The notes: generated from the letters alone by a model not told the origin. A stretch of DNA of 64,000 nucleotides from an uncultured Phycisphaerales bacterium (GCA_963755915.1 CAVWLP010000003.1:544001-608000), one strand, 5' to 3'; shown: positions 51,208 through 62,190, counted from the first letter of the stretch. Translations and numbers: made by a program.

Positions 51208-52352
51208 ATGCCTCCCGCCCTGCACACCCTCGACCCCGCTCTGGCGCCCGTCGCCGAAAAAGTCGCCGCCGGCCAGCGCCTCTCCGCCAATGACGGCCTC
51301 GCCCTCTACCACAGCCGCGACGTCCACGGCATCGGCCGCCTCGCAAATTTCGTCCGCGAAAAACTCCACGGCGATCGCACCTATTACAATCGCAACCGCC
51401 ACATCAATTACACCAACGTCTGCGCCCTCTCCTGCAAGTTCTGCTCCTTCTACCGCAAGCGCGGCGAAGACGGCGCGTACGAAATGCCCGTCGAGCAGGT
51501 GATCGAAACCGCACGCCGCGCCGCCGGCGCCGGCGCCGACCGAAGTACACATCGTCGGCGGCCTGCACCCCTGGCTGAAATTCGATTATTACCTCCAAAT
51601 CCTTTCCGGAATTCGCACCGCCTGCCCGGAGCTGCACATCAAGGCGTTCACCGCGATCGAGATCATTCACCTGAGCCGGGTCTCCCGCCAACCCGTCCGC
51701 GAAACGCTCCTCGCCCTGCGCGAGGCCGGCCTCGGAAGCCTCCCCGGCGGCGGCGCAGAAATCTTCGACGACCGCGTCCACGATGAAGTCTTCAAAGGCA
51801 AGGTCCGCGAGGACCGCTGGTTTGAAGTCCATCGCACCGCCCACGAGCTGGGCATCTATTCCAACGCCACCATGCTCTACGGCCACGTTGAAACTCCCGC
51901 CGAGCGCATCGGCCACATGATCAAGCTCCGCCAGCTCCAGGAAGAATCACTGCGCAACCCGCCCCGCACATTTCAACTGCGTCATCCCCCTCAGCTTCAT
52001 TCCCGAAAACAGCGAGCTCGGATTCCTCCCCGGCCCGACCGGCCTGACCGACTTAAAAACCCTGGCCATCGCCCGCCTGATGATCGACAACATCCCCCAC
52101 ATCAAAGCATTCTGGATCATGCAAACCGTCGGCCTTTCGCAGCTGGCGCTCAACTGGGGCTGCGACGATCTCGACGGCACCGTCGTCTGGTACGACATCA
52201 CCAAGCGCGAAGGCAACGGCGTGCACCAGGAACTGCACGTCGACGACATCAAGCGCCTCATCCGCGAAGCGGGGCGGATGCCGGTTGAGCGCGATACCCT
52301 CTACCGCGAAGTGAAGCGGGATGAGAGGGACGTAGTGCTGGCCGCCGTTTGA
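51208..52352 (+). CDS. mqnE: Aminofutalosine synthase, radical SAM (frameshifts near 51535 and 51965)
   Basis: HINYTNVCALSCKFC; EVHIVGGLHP and LPGGGAEIF in a second frame; IPHIKAFW...DDLDGTV...PVERDTLY. Confidence 0.87.
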
Positions 52353-52484
52353 GTCCTGCTTCGCGGAAATAGAATCTGCCGCTTTTTTTTGGAAATCCTC
52401 ACTTTATCTGCATGCGGACGCTACAATCCCCGATATACTCGCTCAGCCTGTCGCGCGAGAGTTTGGGATGCGTGGAGATTTCAA

Positions 52485-53228
52485 ATGCCTGACCCTAAAT
52501 CAACTGCCGGCGGGGGCACTAGTTCAACCGCGAAATGGGCGGCGCTGATTGATGACCGAGTTGTCTGGTCGCCCGGCCGCACGGTGCTTGTCGGCGTACT
52601 GAAAACGCAATGCTCCGTGCCGGAGAACCGGGTTTTGGTCAGAGACCATAGCTCTCCCAATGACCAGATCCTCAGGGATGACGTGGCGATTGACCTCGCC
52701 GCAGGAAACGTCTTTTACAGTATCGCCGTCGACGAGCAAAAGCCGCGCGATCCCTCCGGGGCAGCCGCGAAGCTGGCTTTTTTTGTCGATGACCGGCCCG
52801 TGGTGACCACCCGCGCCGACCAGACTGGAAAGTCGCTTCGCGAATTATTCAATCTCGCCGAGACCGCGAAGCTCGTGCGAGACTACGCAAATGACCAGGA
52901 CGAAGTAATTGAGCCCCAGGGCAAAATCAGCTTCGCTGACGGTCCGGTATTTCGCGCAAGTGCCGGACAGCGGCCGGCGCCAAAGCTCACGTCCTTGTCC
53001 ATCACGATCAATTCGCGCCGGTTCACGGAGCACGACGGCGTGCGGCCAACAATGACCGGCTTTCAGATTGCGGCGCTGCTGAATCCTCAGGACGCCAAAC
53101 AGGCAACTGTCTCGATCGTTTCCGACGGTGGCCGCGAAGTGCAGTTGGCACAGCAGATCACAATTGGCGGTGGGGAAGTCATTGAGGTCGGCCGGACAAC
53201 TTCCAGCGGAAATATCGGCACGTTCTGA
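52485..53228 (+). CDS. Multi-ubiquitin (three tandem beta-grasp Ubl domains) protein
   Basis: Internal repeats IDDR...LVRD...ND..L...IDL..GNVF / VDDR...TG..L...LVRD...D..I...ISF..GPVF; third domain ITIN...MTGFQIAAL...GGEVIEVGRTTSSG; GGAG RBS. Confidence 0.7.
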   Translation: MPDPKSTAGGGTSSTAKWAALIDDRVVWSPGRTVLVGVLKTQCSVPENRVLVRDHSSPNDQILRDDVAIDLAAGNVFYSIAVDEQKPRDPSGAAAKLAFFVDDRPVVTTRADQTGKSLRELFNLAETAKLVRDYANDQDEVIEPQGKISFADGPVFRASAGQRPAPKLTSLSITINSRRFTEHDGVRPTMTGFQIAALLNPQDAKQATVSIVSDGGREVQLAQQITIGGGEVIEVGRTTSSGNIGTF

Positions 53229-53328
53229 TTCGCCTTCCCGATTGCGGAGTCACAAAGGCACTGCAAAGTGGTCATCCCGCGAGGGTTGTCCTATCATCCC
53301 TCCCCTCGAACCCGCGCGGAGCTTCCCA

Positions 53329-54346
53329 ATGGTCTGGATGTGGCTGGGCTTCTCACTCCTCGTGATCGCTATGCTCGCGATCGACCTCGGGGTGTTCCAT
53401 CGGAAGGACCACGTCATCAGCGCCAAGGAAGCCCTCATCTGGACCGGCGTCTGGATCGCCGCCGCCCTGGCCTTCAGCGTCTTCGTCTATTTCGCCTACG
53501 AATATCACTGGGCCGGGCTGGGAAATGAAATCGACGATGCCGTCGGAATGCCCACGAGCGGGAAGGCGGCGGTGCTGAAATATCTCAGCGGTTATGTGCT
53601 GGAGAAATCCCTCAGCGTCGACAACATTTTCGTCATCTCAGCCATCTTCGGCGCGTTTGCCATTCCCCCGCAGTATCAGCATCGCGTCCTGTTCTGGGGC
53701 GTTATCAGCGCCCTGGTCATGCGCGCGGTCATGATTCTTGCCGGCACCGAATTGATTGAAAGCCATCACTGGTTGGTCTACATCTTCGGCGTCCTTCTAA
53801 TCGCAACCGCCATCAAGATGCTGGCGGTGAAAAGCAAAAACGCTTCGCCCAACGACAACGTCATAATCCGCTGGGCGAGGAAGATTTTCCCGATGACGCC
53901 GGAGTTTCACGGACACAGCTTCTTCGTTTTCACGGAAGTCTCCGACCACGGCGCAGCCAAAAGCCGCAGGGCATTTGTTCTCACGCCCCTTGCCCTGGCC
54001 CTGATCGCCGTCGAGGCGACGGATTTGCTTTTCGCCGTCGATTCGGTCCCCGCAATCTTCGCGATCACATCCGATCCCTTCCTGATCTTCACAAGCAACG
54101 TCTTTGCCATGCTCGGCCTTCGCTCCCTCTATTTCGCCCTGGCCGGCATGATCGAGCGCTTCCGTTACCTGAAAATCTCCCTCGCCATCATGCTCGGCGT
54201 CGTCGGCGTCAAGATGCTGATCAGCAAATGGCTCCTCAGCGTCCTCGGCTCTGGATTTGAAATCTGGCTCCTCGCGGTGGTCCTCCTGATCCTGGCCGGA
54301 GGAGTTCTGGCATCATGGGTCGCCGACCGGCGCAGGAGGCCGCTGA
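53329..54346 (+). CDS. TerC/Alx-family metal homeostasis membrane protein (in-frame with the next gene as assembled)
   Basis: EKSLSVDNIFV, QHRVLFWG, DLLFAVDSVPAI, TSNVFAMLGLRSLYF. Confidence 0.9.
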
Positions 54347-54348
54347 TC

Positions 54349-54770
54349 ATGCTCGCCTGGCTCAAAATTCACGCCTGGTGGCTTACCATTGTCTCCGCCC
54401 TGGCCACCCTGGCGATGGCCGCGATCGGATGCAGAATCCTGGTCAATCTGCCGGAAGATTATTTTCTTCGGCGAAACGAGGAAACGGACTCCTCCAAGCC
54501 GCGCAGGGCCGTCTCCCTGCCTCTGTCGATTTTCAAGAATGCGCTTGGAACACTCATCGTCCTGATCGGCGCGATCATGTCCCTCCCCCTGGTCCCCGGC
54601 CCCGGCGTGATAACGATCCTCATCGGCCTGTCACTGATGAGTTTTCCCGGAAAACGCAAATTGGAGGTGCGAATTCTTCGCACCGGCCCGGTGCTCGCCG
54701 GCATCAACTGGCTGCGCAGAAAGCTGGAAGGCCCGAACTGCGCATGCCCGCGGCTGGGGCGCGGGGATGA
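54349..54770 (+). CDS. PGPGW-domain small membrane protein
   Basis: AGGAGG RBS then ATG; LPEDYF, LVPGPGVITILIGLSL, FPGKRKLE; likely true tail AGRPELRMPAAGARG* in the adjacent frame. Confidence 0.7.
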
Positions 54771-54798
54771 GAAAGATGTTGTGCTGGCGGCGGCGTGA
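54766..54798 (+). repeat. Diverged duplicate of the last 11 codons of mqnE
   Basis: DEKDVVLAAA* versus DERDVVLAAV* at 52320-52352. Confidence 0.8.
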
Positions 54799-54902
54799 AA
54801 CTTACCCTCAGAAGAATCGATTTTGGTTCGGGGACATCAAATACAAAACTGGACAGTCCGCAACAATATGGGGGGCTTGGGCGGCCTAGATAGGCACTTT
54901 TC

Positions 54903-54939
54903 GTGATATCAATGATATCATTGATATCGATGATATCAC
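54903..54939. repeat. Tandem array of four GATATC palindromes with 9-bp period
   Basis: GTGATATCAATGATATCATTGATATCGATGATATCAC. Confidence 0.85.
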
Positions 54940-55185
54940 TCTAGGGCCGTCCGCGGTTCCCAACCGGTAGCGTCAACGCGTTCTACATCACACGCTTGAA
55001 TCGCGGTCGATTGTTCGGAGCAATGCCGTACCACGAAGAGGTGAAGAAAAGGCGCAAGCTGCTATCCGAATGAAGACCAAATGGCGTGACATGAGATTCC
55101 GAATCGTCACGAGCGCGAGTGTTCAGGGGGCGGGGAAGCGCTGGACTGCTCGGTTCGCTTTTCTGAATACGCAGATGTTGGTATT

Positions 55186-57659
55186 TTGGCGCTAGTGCGA
55201 TATTTCAAATGGGTTTCTGCAACCGAGCTGGATCGCTGGGCGGATTCTAACGACGCCCGATCCCTTCTGCCTCGATTGGTTCGGCTGCTTGTACATGCCA
55301 CGGAAGAAAAGGGCGACCTGCTGCACGTAAATTTTCCTGCGGAGGAAGAAACTCACCGGCCTGGACCTGATGGTGAGACCCGGACATTGCAAGGCAACGC
55401 GTGGGTTCCGAAGGGTGTTCCATATTGGGAGATGGGGGCAAACTCCGGCGTCACTTCTAAGCTAAACGATGATTTCCAGAATCGTCTGGAGAAAAGAGGT
55501 GAGGGCGATTTTAAAGAAGTCACCTACGTCGCCATCACGCCTCGCGACTATCAGGGAAAGGATTTGTGGCGCAAGGAAAAGGAGAATCTGGGTCAATGGG
55601 GCGAAGTTAGGGTTTACGATTCTAACGACCTTGAGCAATGGCTTGAGAAGGCCCCAGCGGTGGGCCGTTGGCTCAGTCAGTTCGTGGCGGTATCGCCCGA
55701 AGGGCTGATCGATTTATACACCCGATGGGAAAACCTGCAGTCGTCTTTGTTGCGCCCATTGCCCCCGTCGGTCGTAATGATTGGTCGCAGTTCGGCGGTC
55801 GAAAAAATACGTGAATGGCTTGAGGCGTCGCCACAAGTTCTCGCCGTATCTGGTCAATCACCCCAAGAGGTCATCGACCTCTTTACCGCATGGGTAGTTT
55901 CGCTGCCGGAGAATGAGCAGGAATCCGTTGCCAGCCGAACTGTAATTGTGGAAGACGCTGAGAGGCTGCGCGAACTCGCCGAATCAAAGGAGCGGCTGAT
56001 TCTCATAAATGGGGAGCGGCTTGAAGCAGCACCGGAGCAGGTATCTGAAGCCATTCGTAAGGGCCATCATGTTTTGCAGCCCGCCTCATCGCTCCGTTCG
56101 GTGGCCGGCAACGTGGCCCGATTAGAGCGAATCGACCGGTTTGAGCTTCAGAGATCGCTTGAGCAAGCCGGCCTGAAAGAACAGGAGGCATATGTCCTTT
56201 CGCAGCAGTCGGGGGGATCGTTCACGGTTCTCAAGCGTCGATTTTCTTCTGTCCCCCTCATTTCGGTGCCCGCTTGGGGCAAGGGTCAACACGCGGGCGA
56301 GTTAGCCCCGCTATTGCTCGCCGGAAGCTGGCTCGATCGGCACCAGGGCGATCAGGCAGTCGTTTCAAAGATCGCTGCGCAGACTTATGGGGAAGCCCAA
56401 AAGATTGTAACCCGATGGCGCACGGAGGCTGACAGTCCAGTGCGCTGGGTAAATGGCGCTTGGGAGTTCGTATCGCCGTTTGACGCATGGGTATTTCTTC
56501 ATTCGTCGCTGACGCCCCAGTATTTTGATGCATTCGAGGGCGCGGCAGCGACAGTTCTTGGAGAGGACGATCCAAGACTGGACCTGCCGTTGGAAGAACG
56601 ATGGCTGGCAAACGTGCGCGGTAAGCAGATGTTACATTCAGAATATCTTCGGATGGGGATTGCGCGGACGATGGCCTTGCTCGGGAGCAGGTCAGACGTC
56701 GATGTCGTAGATGTATGCCCATTGCAGCTTCGTGTAGATCGAATTGTGTCGGCGATACTCCCAGCAAACTGTAGTTGGAAGCGGTGGGCGTCGTTGGGCA
56801 GGTTGCTGCCCCTCCTTGCCGAAGCTTCACCAGATTATTTCCTCAATTCGGTGGAGTCTGGGCTTCGTGGGGACGGTCCTGAGTTCGTGAAACTATTTCA
56901 GGAAGAAGGTCCACCGACCCACGGGCGCGCCGAACACACTGGATTGTTGTGGGGCTTGCAGTGCGTCGCTTGGTCGTCCGAATTTTTGCCAAGGGCCACG
57001 TTGGCGTTGGGCAGGTTGGCGCAGCTCGATCCGGGTGGGCGTTGGGCTAACCGCCCAAAAGGTAGCCTGAGAGAGATTTTTTTTTCGGGAATGCCTCAAA
57101 CGGCGACCCCGGTTGATCAACGAGTGGAAGCTGTGCGATTGAGGGAGCAGAACAGACGCTTTCCCCGGAAGCACGGCGTTTTAACGTGGATAGAGCCTGG
57201 CATCTCATTCATGATTGGCGCTTGATCCCTGGTGCAAATGACCGTGGCGAGGTCGATGGGGATGCATTGCAAAAATGGCTGGATGGGGCAAGATCAGCCG
57301 CGGCAAGCATTGACAGGCTGGAGGTGTGCGACGTGACAATCGGTGAGCTCCTTGCGAAGGATCCGGAAACGAACGAGCGGGACTGGCCGTCAGTTCCTGT
57401 TCGAGAGTCCCTCGAAAAAATCGATACATCCGAAATCGTTCGTGGTTTTGTCGTCGGGATTCGCAACAAACATGGTTCGACCGTTCGCGGTATGAGGGAG
57501 GGGGGTCGCCAAGAGCGAGAGCTAGCCGCCAAATACGATAGGTACGCTGAGGCAGCGAGAACTCGTTGGCCACGGACAGGTGCCGCCCTCAAGCGAGTTG
57601 CAAACGAATTCCGTGAAGAAGCAAAACGCGAGGACGCGGAAGCGGAGGCTGCCTCATAG
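55186..57659 (+). pseudogene. Large putative defence protein (N-terminal PD-(D/E)XK-like nuclease, helical C-terminus), broken near 57140
   Basis: WVSATELDRWA...LPRLVR...PGPDG...WEMG...K...ITPR...VYDSNDLEQWL; C-terminal part (WRLIPG...GGRQERELAAKY) in another frame; atypical codon usage. Confidence 0.6.
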
Positions 57660-57868
57660 CGACGGAATTCCCGTCCGCGTAATCCGTGGTCCGGCGCTTC
57701 GCGAGAAGGTAGAGGCGTAGAAAGTCGAAAGTAGGGACGGCCAATTCCCATCCAAGAAATGTTACACCCCGCGTTTATTGAAAATTAACCAAACCCAGCG
57801 CAACCACCTCCCGCACCCAGACTTAAATCAAAATAAGTTAGCATATACTCACCAACTCGCCGAAAACG

Positions 57869-59392
57869 CAATAGTGTCCGGAACGCAGGCTCACAAATAA
57901 CACAATCTTGCGCCTTGCGCGAAGCAGCGTTTTGTGGTTCACTGCCGCCACGTGCACGCGGACCTTTGCCCAGCTTCTGGATTGCCCGCCAAGCCGGGAC
58001 GAAAGCCGCGGCCGGCGGTGCGGGGGGAGGATTTGTTCGGCGGCAAGTACGTCGGTATTTTGCAGGATCATCTGGCCCGCCTGCGGGCGGCGCATCCCCA
58101 CCCCAATCGCACGCTTTTTTATGACGATGTGACCCTTGCCTATCTGCTGGCGTTTTTCACGCCGGCGATTCGCAGCCTGCGGACGATGGAGGATTTCAGC
58201 CAGACCGAGCAGATGCAGGAGCAGCTTTCGGTCGATCGCCTGCCGCGTTCCACGCTTTCCGATGCCAACGCCCTGTTCGATCCGACGCTGCTGGAGCCGA
58301 TCATCGAGGAGTTGCGGGCGCGGCTGCCGCACCTGCGTCACGGCGATCCGAAGCTGGCGGAGTTGACCGAGCGGGTACGGGTGGTGGATGGGTCGCTGTT
58401 CACCGTTGCCGCCGACGTGGCCTGGGCGCTGCATCAAAGTCGACCCAACGGAAAGCCCATGGACACGATTCGCCTGAATCTTCAATGGGCGGCGGGCGTG
58501 GGGGTTCCCGAGGGAGTGACGATCAGCGGCGCGGGATGCTCCGAGGCGCAGGCGCTGATGCAGTCCCTGGAGCCGGGACAGATTTACGTCATGGACCGCG
58601 GCTACGTCTGTTTCGAGCTGCTGGAGCGGATCGTACATGCCTGCAGCGATTTTGTGCTCCGGCTCAAGTCAAACAACTATTTCATTCCCATCGAAAACAA
58701 TGACTTGACCCCCAAGTCCCTGCCGCTGAGCGATGAAGACCGCGCTGCCGGCATTCTCAGCGACCGGATCGGATACCTGGGCTCAGAAGGGCCACGCTTT
58801 GCTCCTCCGGCGGGAAAATGGCTTCGGGAAGTGACGATCTTCGACCCGGACAAACCCGACAGGCCCCTGCGGCTGCTGACCAATCTTCTTAACATTCCCG
58901 CCCATGTCATCGGTCTGCTCTACCGCTGGCGATGGAAGATCGAGCTGTTTTTCCGCTGGCTGAAAGTGCACGCCCACTTCCGCCATCTCACCAGCCACAG
59001 CAAAAACGGCGTCACCACCGGGTTCTACATCGCGGTCATCGGGGTGCTGTTGATCTATCTGCACACGCAGCGTCCGGTGAGCAAATATGCCTACGCGATG
59101 CTGAGCCTGGTCGCCGCGGGAGGGGCCACGTTGCAAGAGATTATTCCCATCCTGCAGCGCCGAGAACGGGAATGCGAGCTGCAGCGTCAGCGTGTGGCAC
59201 GGAAGAAGGCTGAAAAAATCGTCAAGTAAGTCACCGGGGGTTTTTGTTGTCCGGCCGCCGGTGAACGCCGCGGCATGCGCTGCAGGAGCAGCGCTGAACC
59301 TTCCACGCCGTTGCCCATCGAGGCAACGCAGCCTTTCGAGTGAAAACCCGAAAAATCCCAGCTTTAAGACGCGGAAGTCCCGGACAATATTG
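57869..59392 (+). mobile_element. IS4-family insertion sequence, 1524 bp
   Basis: TIRs CAATAGTGTCCGGAAC / CAATATTGTCCGGGAC (14/16); 9-bp target duplication CCGAAAACG at 57860-57868 and 59393-59401. Confidence 0.93.
57934..59229 (+). CDS. IS4-family DDE transposase
   Basis: VVDGS, VMDRGY, YREK motif YRWRWKIELFFRWLK. Confidence 0.93.
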   Translation: MVHCRHVHADLCPASGLPAKPGRKPRPAVRGEDLFGGKYVGILQDHLARLRAAHPHPNRTLFYDDVTLAYLLAFFTPAIRSLRTMEDFSQTEQMQEQLSVDRLPRSTLSDANALFDPTLLEPIIEELRARLPHLRHGDPKLAELTERVRVVDGSLFTVAADVAWALHQSRPNGKPMDTIRLNLQWAAGVGVPEGVTISGAGCSEAQALMQSLEPGQIYVMDRGYVCFELLERIVHACSDFVLRLKSNNYFIPIENNDLTPKSLPLSDEDRAAGILSDRIGYLGSEGPRFAPPAGKWLREVTIFDPDKPDRPLRLLTNLLNIPAHVIGLLYRWRWKIELFFRWLKVHAHFRHLTSHSKNGVTTGFYIAVIGVLLIYLHTQRPVSKYAYAMLSLVAAGGATLQEIIPILQRRERECELQRQRVARKKAEKIVK

Positions 59393-59475
59393 CCGAAAAC
59401 GTAAAAAAATGTAAAATTATGTAAAATTCGATCTACTGTTAACGACTACCCCCGATCACAACCCCCCGCCCCAAC

Positions 59476-60370
59476 TCACGAAATCGTCGGCGCTTCCTCC
59501 GCATCCACTGCCGCAAGCGCCGCCTCCGACTCGCAGCCGCCTGGCTTGCCCGCCTTCTCGTTCTCCCGAACCATCCGATCCCGAATCTGCGACATCACCT
59601 TATCCACCACCCCCGGCATCGCCGACGCGATCAGCAGGGACAATCGCGAAAAGGCCTTCGGCCACAGCTCCCGCACCGGCTTCTCAATCGCACGCGACAT
59701 CCTCGCCGCCACATACTGCGGCGTCTGCGGGCGGCCCTGGATTAGCGCCGCCGGGCTCATGCCGCTTAGCTCGTGAGCCGTGGAAAAGAAGTCCGTCCCG
59801 CAGACGGCCGGGTGAACGCTGGTGACGGCGATATCGTGCGGTTTCAGTTCAACCCGGAGGCCTTCGGCGAGACTGAGCTGAGCCGCCTTGGTGGCCGCAT
59901 AGGTGCTGAAAAATGGAAGCCCCCGCCGCGCAAGGCGCTGGAGACGATCATAAGCTGCCCGCGAAGGCCGTCGCGCGACGACTGGCGTTTCATCTGGGAA
60001 ACCGCGGCCCGGCAGCACTCGATGGTGCCGAAGAGATTCGTGTCGAAAATATGCCGGATGTCGGCTTCGGACATCTGCTCGATCGGACGTGCGAAGCCGT
60101 AACCCGCGTTGCAGACCAACGTGTCGATCCGCCCGAATTTTTCGACGGCCGCGCCAATCAGCCGCCGGCACGCGCCGGGGCAGGCGACGTCGATCTGCAG
60201 ACAGGCGGTTTCGCCCGGAAGCTCCCGGGCGAGGTCCTGGAGACGATCGAGCCTTCGCGCCCAAGGACCAGCTTGCCCCTCTGCCGGGAAAGTTCGGTGG
60301 CCAGGGCCCGGCCGATTCCGGCGCTTGCACCCGTGATGACGGTAACCATTTCGTGGAGACTGCGACGCAT
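59476..60370 (-). CDS. Short-chain dehydrogenase/reductase (frameshifts near 60260 and 59920)
   Basis: ITGASAGIG, CNAGYG, YAATK, VHP across three frames. Confidence 0.85.
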
Positions 60371-60480
60371 GGTGCAAATTCCTTACTCTCGATGTCCCCT
60401 GCCACTATGGGGATTACCATTGGGGGGATTGCCGTATGCTGCCAAATCCACGACGATGAGGATACCTGAACTTGGGCAAT

Positions 60481-61065
60481 ATGTTTACTGGCATTGTTGA
60501 AAAAATATCGAAGGTTGCCGCTGTTATCGACAGTGGGAATTTCCGGCGGCTGGAACTCAAGTTGGATTTCGATGTTCAGATTGGGCAAAGCATTGCGGTC
60601 AACGGCTGCTGCCTGACCGTTGCCGAGGTGTCGCCTCAGGGCGCATTTTTTGACGTGATCAAGGAGACGCTGGACAAGACCAACCTAGGGATGCTTGAGG
60701 CGGGAGATGAGGTGAATATCGAGCGCTGCCTTAAGGTCGGCGATCGCGTCGACGGGCATTTTGTGCAGGGGCACGTCGATGGAACCGCACTGCTGATGGA
60801 GGTTATCGGAAGCGCCCAGGAATACGTTCTACGGATGGAGACGACGGCGGAATTGGCCAAATATATCGCTCCAAAAGGATCGGTGGCGCTCGACGGGGTG
60901 AGCCTGACCGTGGCGAAAGTGAACGGGCAAATGTTTGAGGTTGCGCTAATTCCGACGACCTTGCAAAAGACAACCCTGGGGAAAAGGGCGCGGGGATGGG
61001 ACTTTAATCTCGAGACCGACATATTGAGCAAGACGGTGGTGTCATGGCTGGAGCGTCAGAAATAA
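60481..61065 (+). CDS. ribE: Riboflavin synthase alpha chain
   Basis: MFTGIV, SIAVNGCCLTV, GHFVQGHVDG, DGVSLTV, NLETD. Confidence 0.96.
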   Translation: MFTGIVEKISKVAAVIDSGNFRRLELKLDFDVQIGQSIAVNGCCLTVAEVSPQGAFFDVIKETLDKTNLGMLEAGDEVNIERCLKVGDRVDGHFVQGHVDGTALLMEVIGSAQEYVLRMETTAELAKYIAPKGSVALDGVSLTVAKVNGQMFEVALIPTTLQKTTLGKRARGWDFNLETDILSKTVVSWLERQK

Positions 61066-62190
61066 ACCCCCTGAAACGACTGCACGAAGAGGCGGAGGCG
61101 GAGTTTCAGGCGTATGGGGACGTCGAAGTCGTCTGCACTTTCGGCGAGCCCCAGGCGGAATACGCGGCGATCCGCAAGGCGTGCGCGATGTTCGACGCCG
61201 CTCAGCGGGGAATCCTCAAAATAACCGGCCTTGATCGCATCGATTTTCTGAACCGATTTTTGACGAATCGGCTGGCAGAAAAGGATGGCAAAAACCCCAT
61301 CGCGCCGGGCCAGGGCGTGTATGCATTCCTGCTGAACAACAAGGGGCGGATCGTTGCGGACATGAATGTCCTGGAAAGAGGGGATTGCACCCTGCTGGAA
61401 ACCGATGCGCGGAATGCCGGAACGCTGAAAACGACGCTTGAGAAATTTGTCTTTGCGGAGAAGGTGGGGTTCGAAGAGTTGGCAGGCGCAAAGCATGAGA
61501 TTGGGCTGCATGGGCCGGGGAGCGTGGAAGTCCTGCGATCGATTGGCGTGGATTGCGCGGGGATGGGGGTGATGGGATCGAAGACCGCGACGATTGACGG
61601 GATTGAAATATTGGTCTGGCGGGATGATCCGTGTGGCGTGCCGGGGTATTGGCTCGTGGTGGATTCAGGGAATGTCGCGAAGGTTTGGATGAAAATTCTA
61701 TCAGGAATTTCTGGCCAGGGGATTGGGAAGCGCGCTGTTCGGCCGGCGGGGTGGGCGGTGTTCAATGCGACGAGGATTGAAGCGGGACGGGCGATGTTTG
61801 GGATCGATTTCAACGATTCGGTCCTGCCGGCGGAAACCGGGCAGCTCGAGCGCGCGGTGAGCTTTACCAAGGGGTGTTACCTGGGCCAGGAGATCGTCGC
61901 CCGCATGCATGCGCGGGCAGGTGGCGCGGCAAATCATCGGGATTCGAATGAAAGAAGATGCCCTGCCGATCGCGGGGACGGCGATTCTCGATAAGGAGAA
62001 GAACCAGATCGGCGGGATCACCAGCAGCACGATTTCACCGGTGCTCTCGAACGCGGCGATTTGTTTGGGAATGGTCAAGAGCACATTTGCCGCGGTGGGG
62101 ACGGAATTGCAGATCGCGGCGGAGGGGGCGTTTCGGACCGGGACGGTGGTGAAGTTGCCATTTATTGGCGCATCAGACCCAGGGAAGTGA
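61044..62190 (+). CDS. ygfZ: YgfZ/GcvT-like folate-binding protein (frameshift near 61915)
   Basis: SFTKGCYLGQEIVAR signature; GcvT-like N-terminus. Confidence 0.85.

Noticed and set aside
48812-52352. menG-ubiX-ubiA-mqnE cluster as a novel pathway
   Set aside because: It matches known late steps of futalosine-type menaquinone biosynthesis.
53229-53328. yybP-ykoY (Mn) riboswitch upstream of terC
   Set aside because: The conserved GGGGAGUA / GAGACC-type elements are not recognisable.
59409-59428. Tandem 10-mer ATGTAAAATT x2 next to the IS
   Set aside because: Only two copies, outside the target duplication; no function can be supported.
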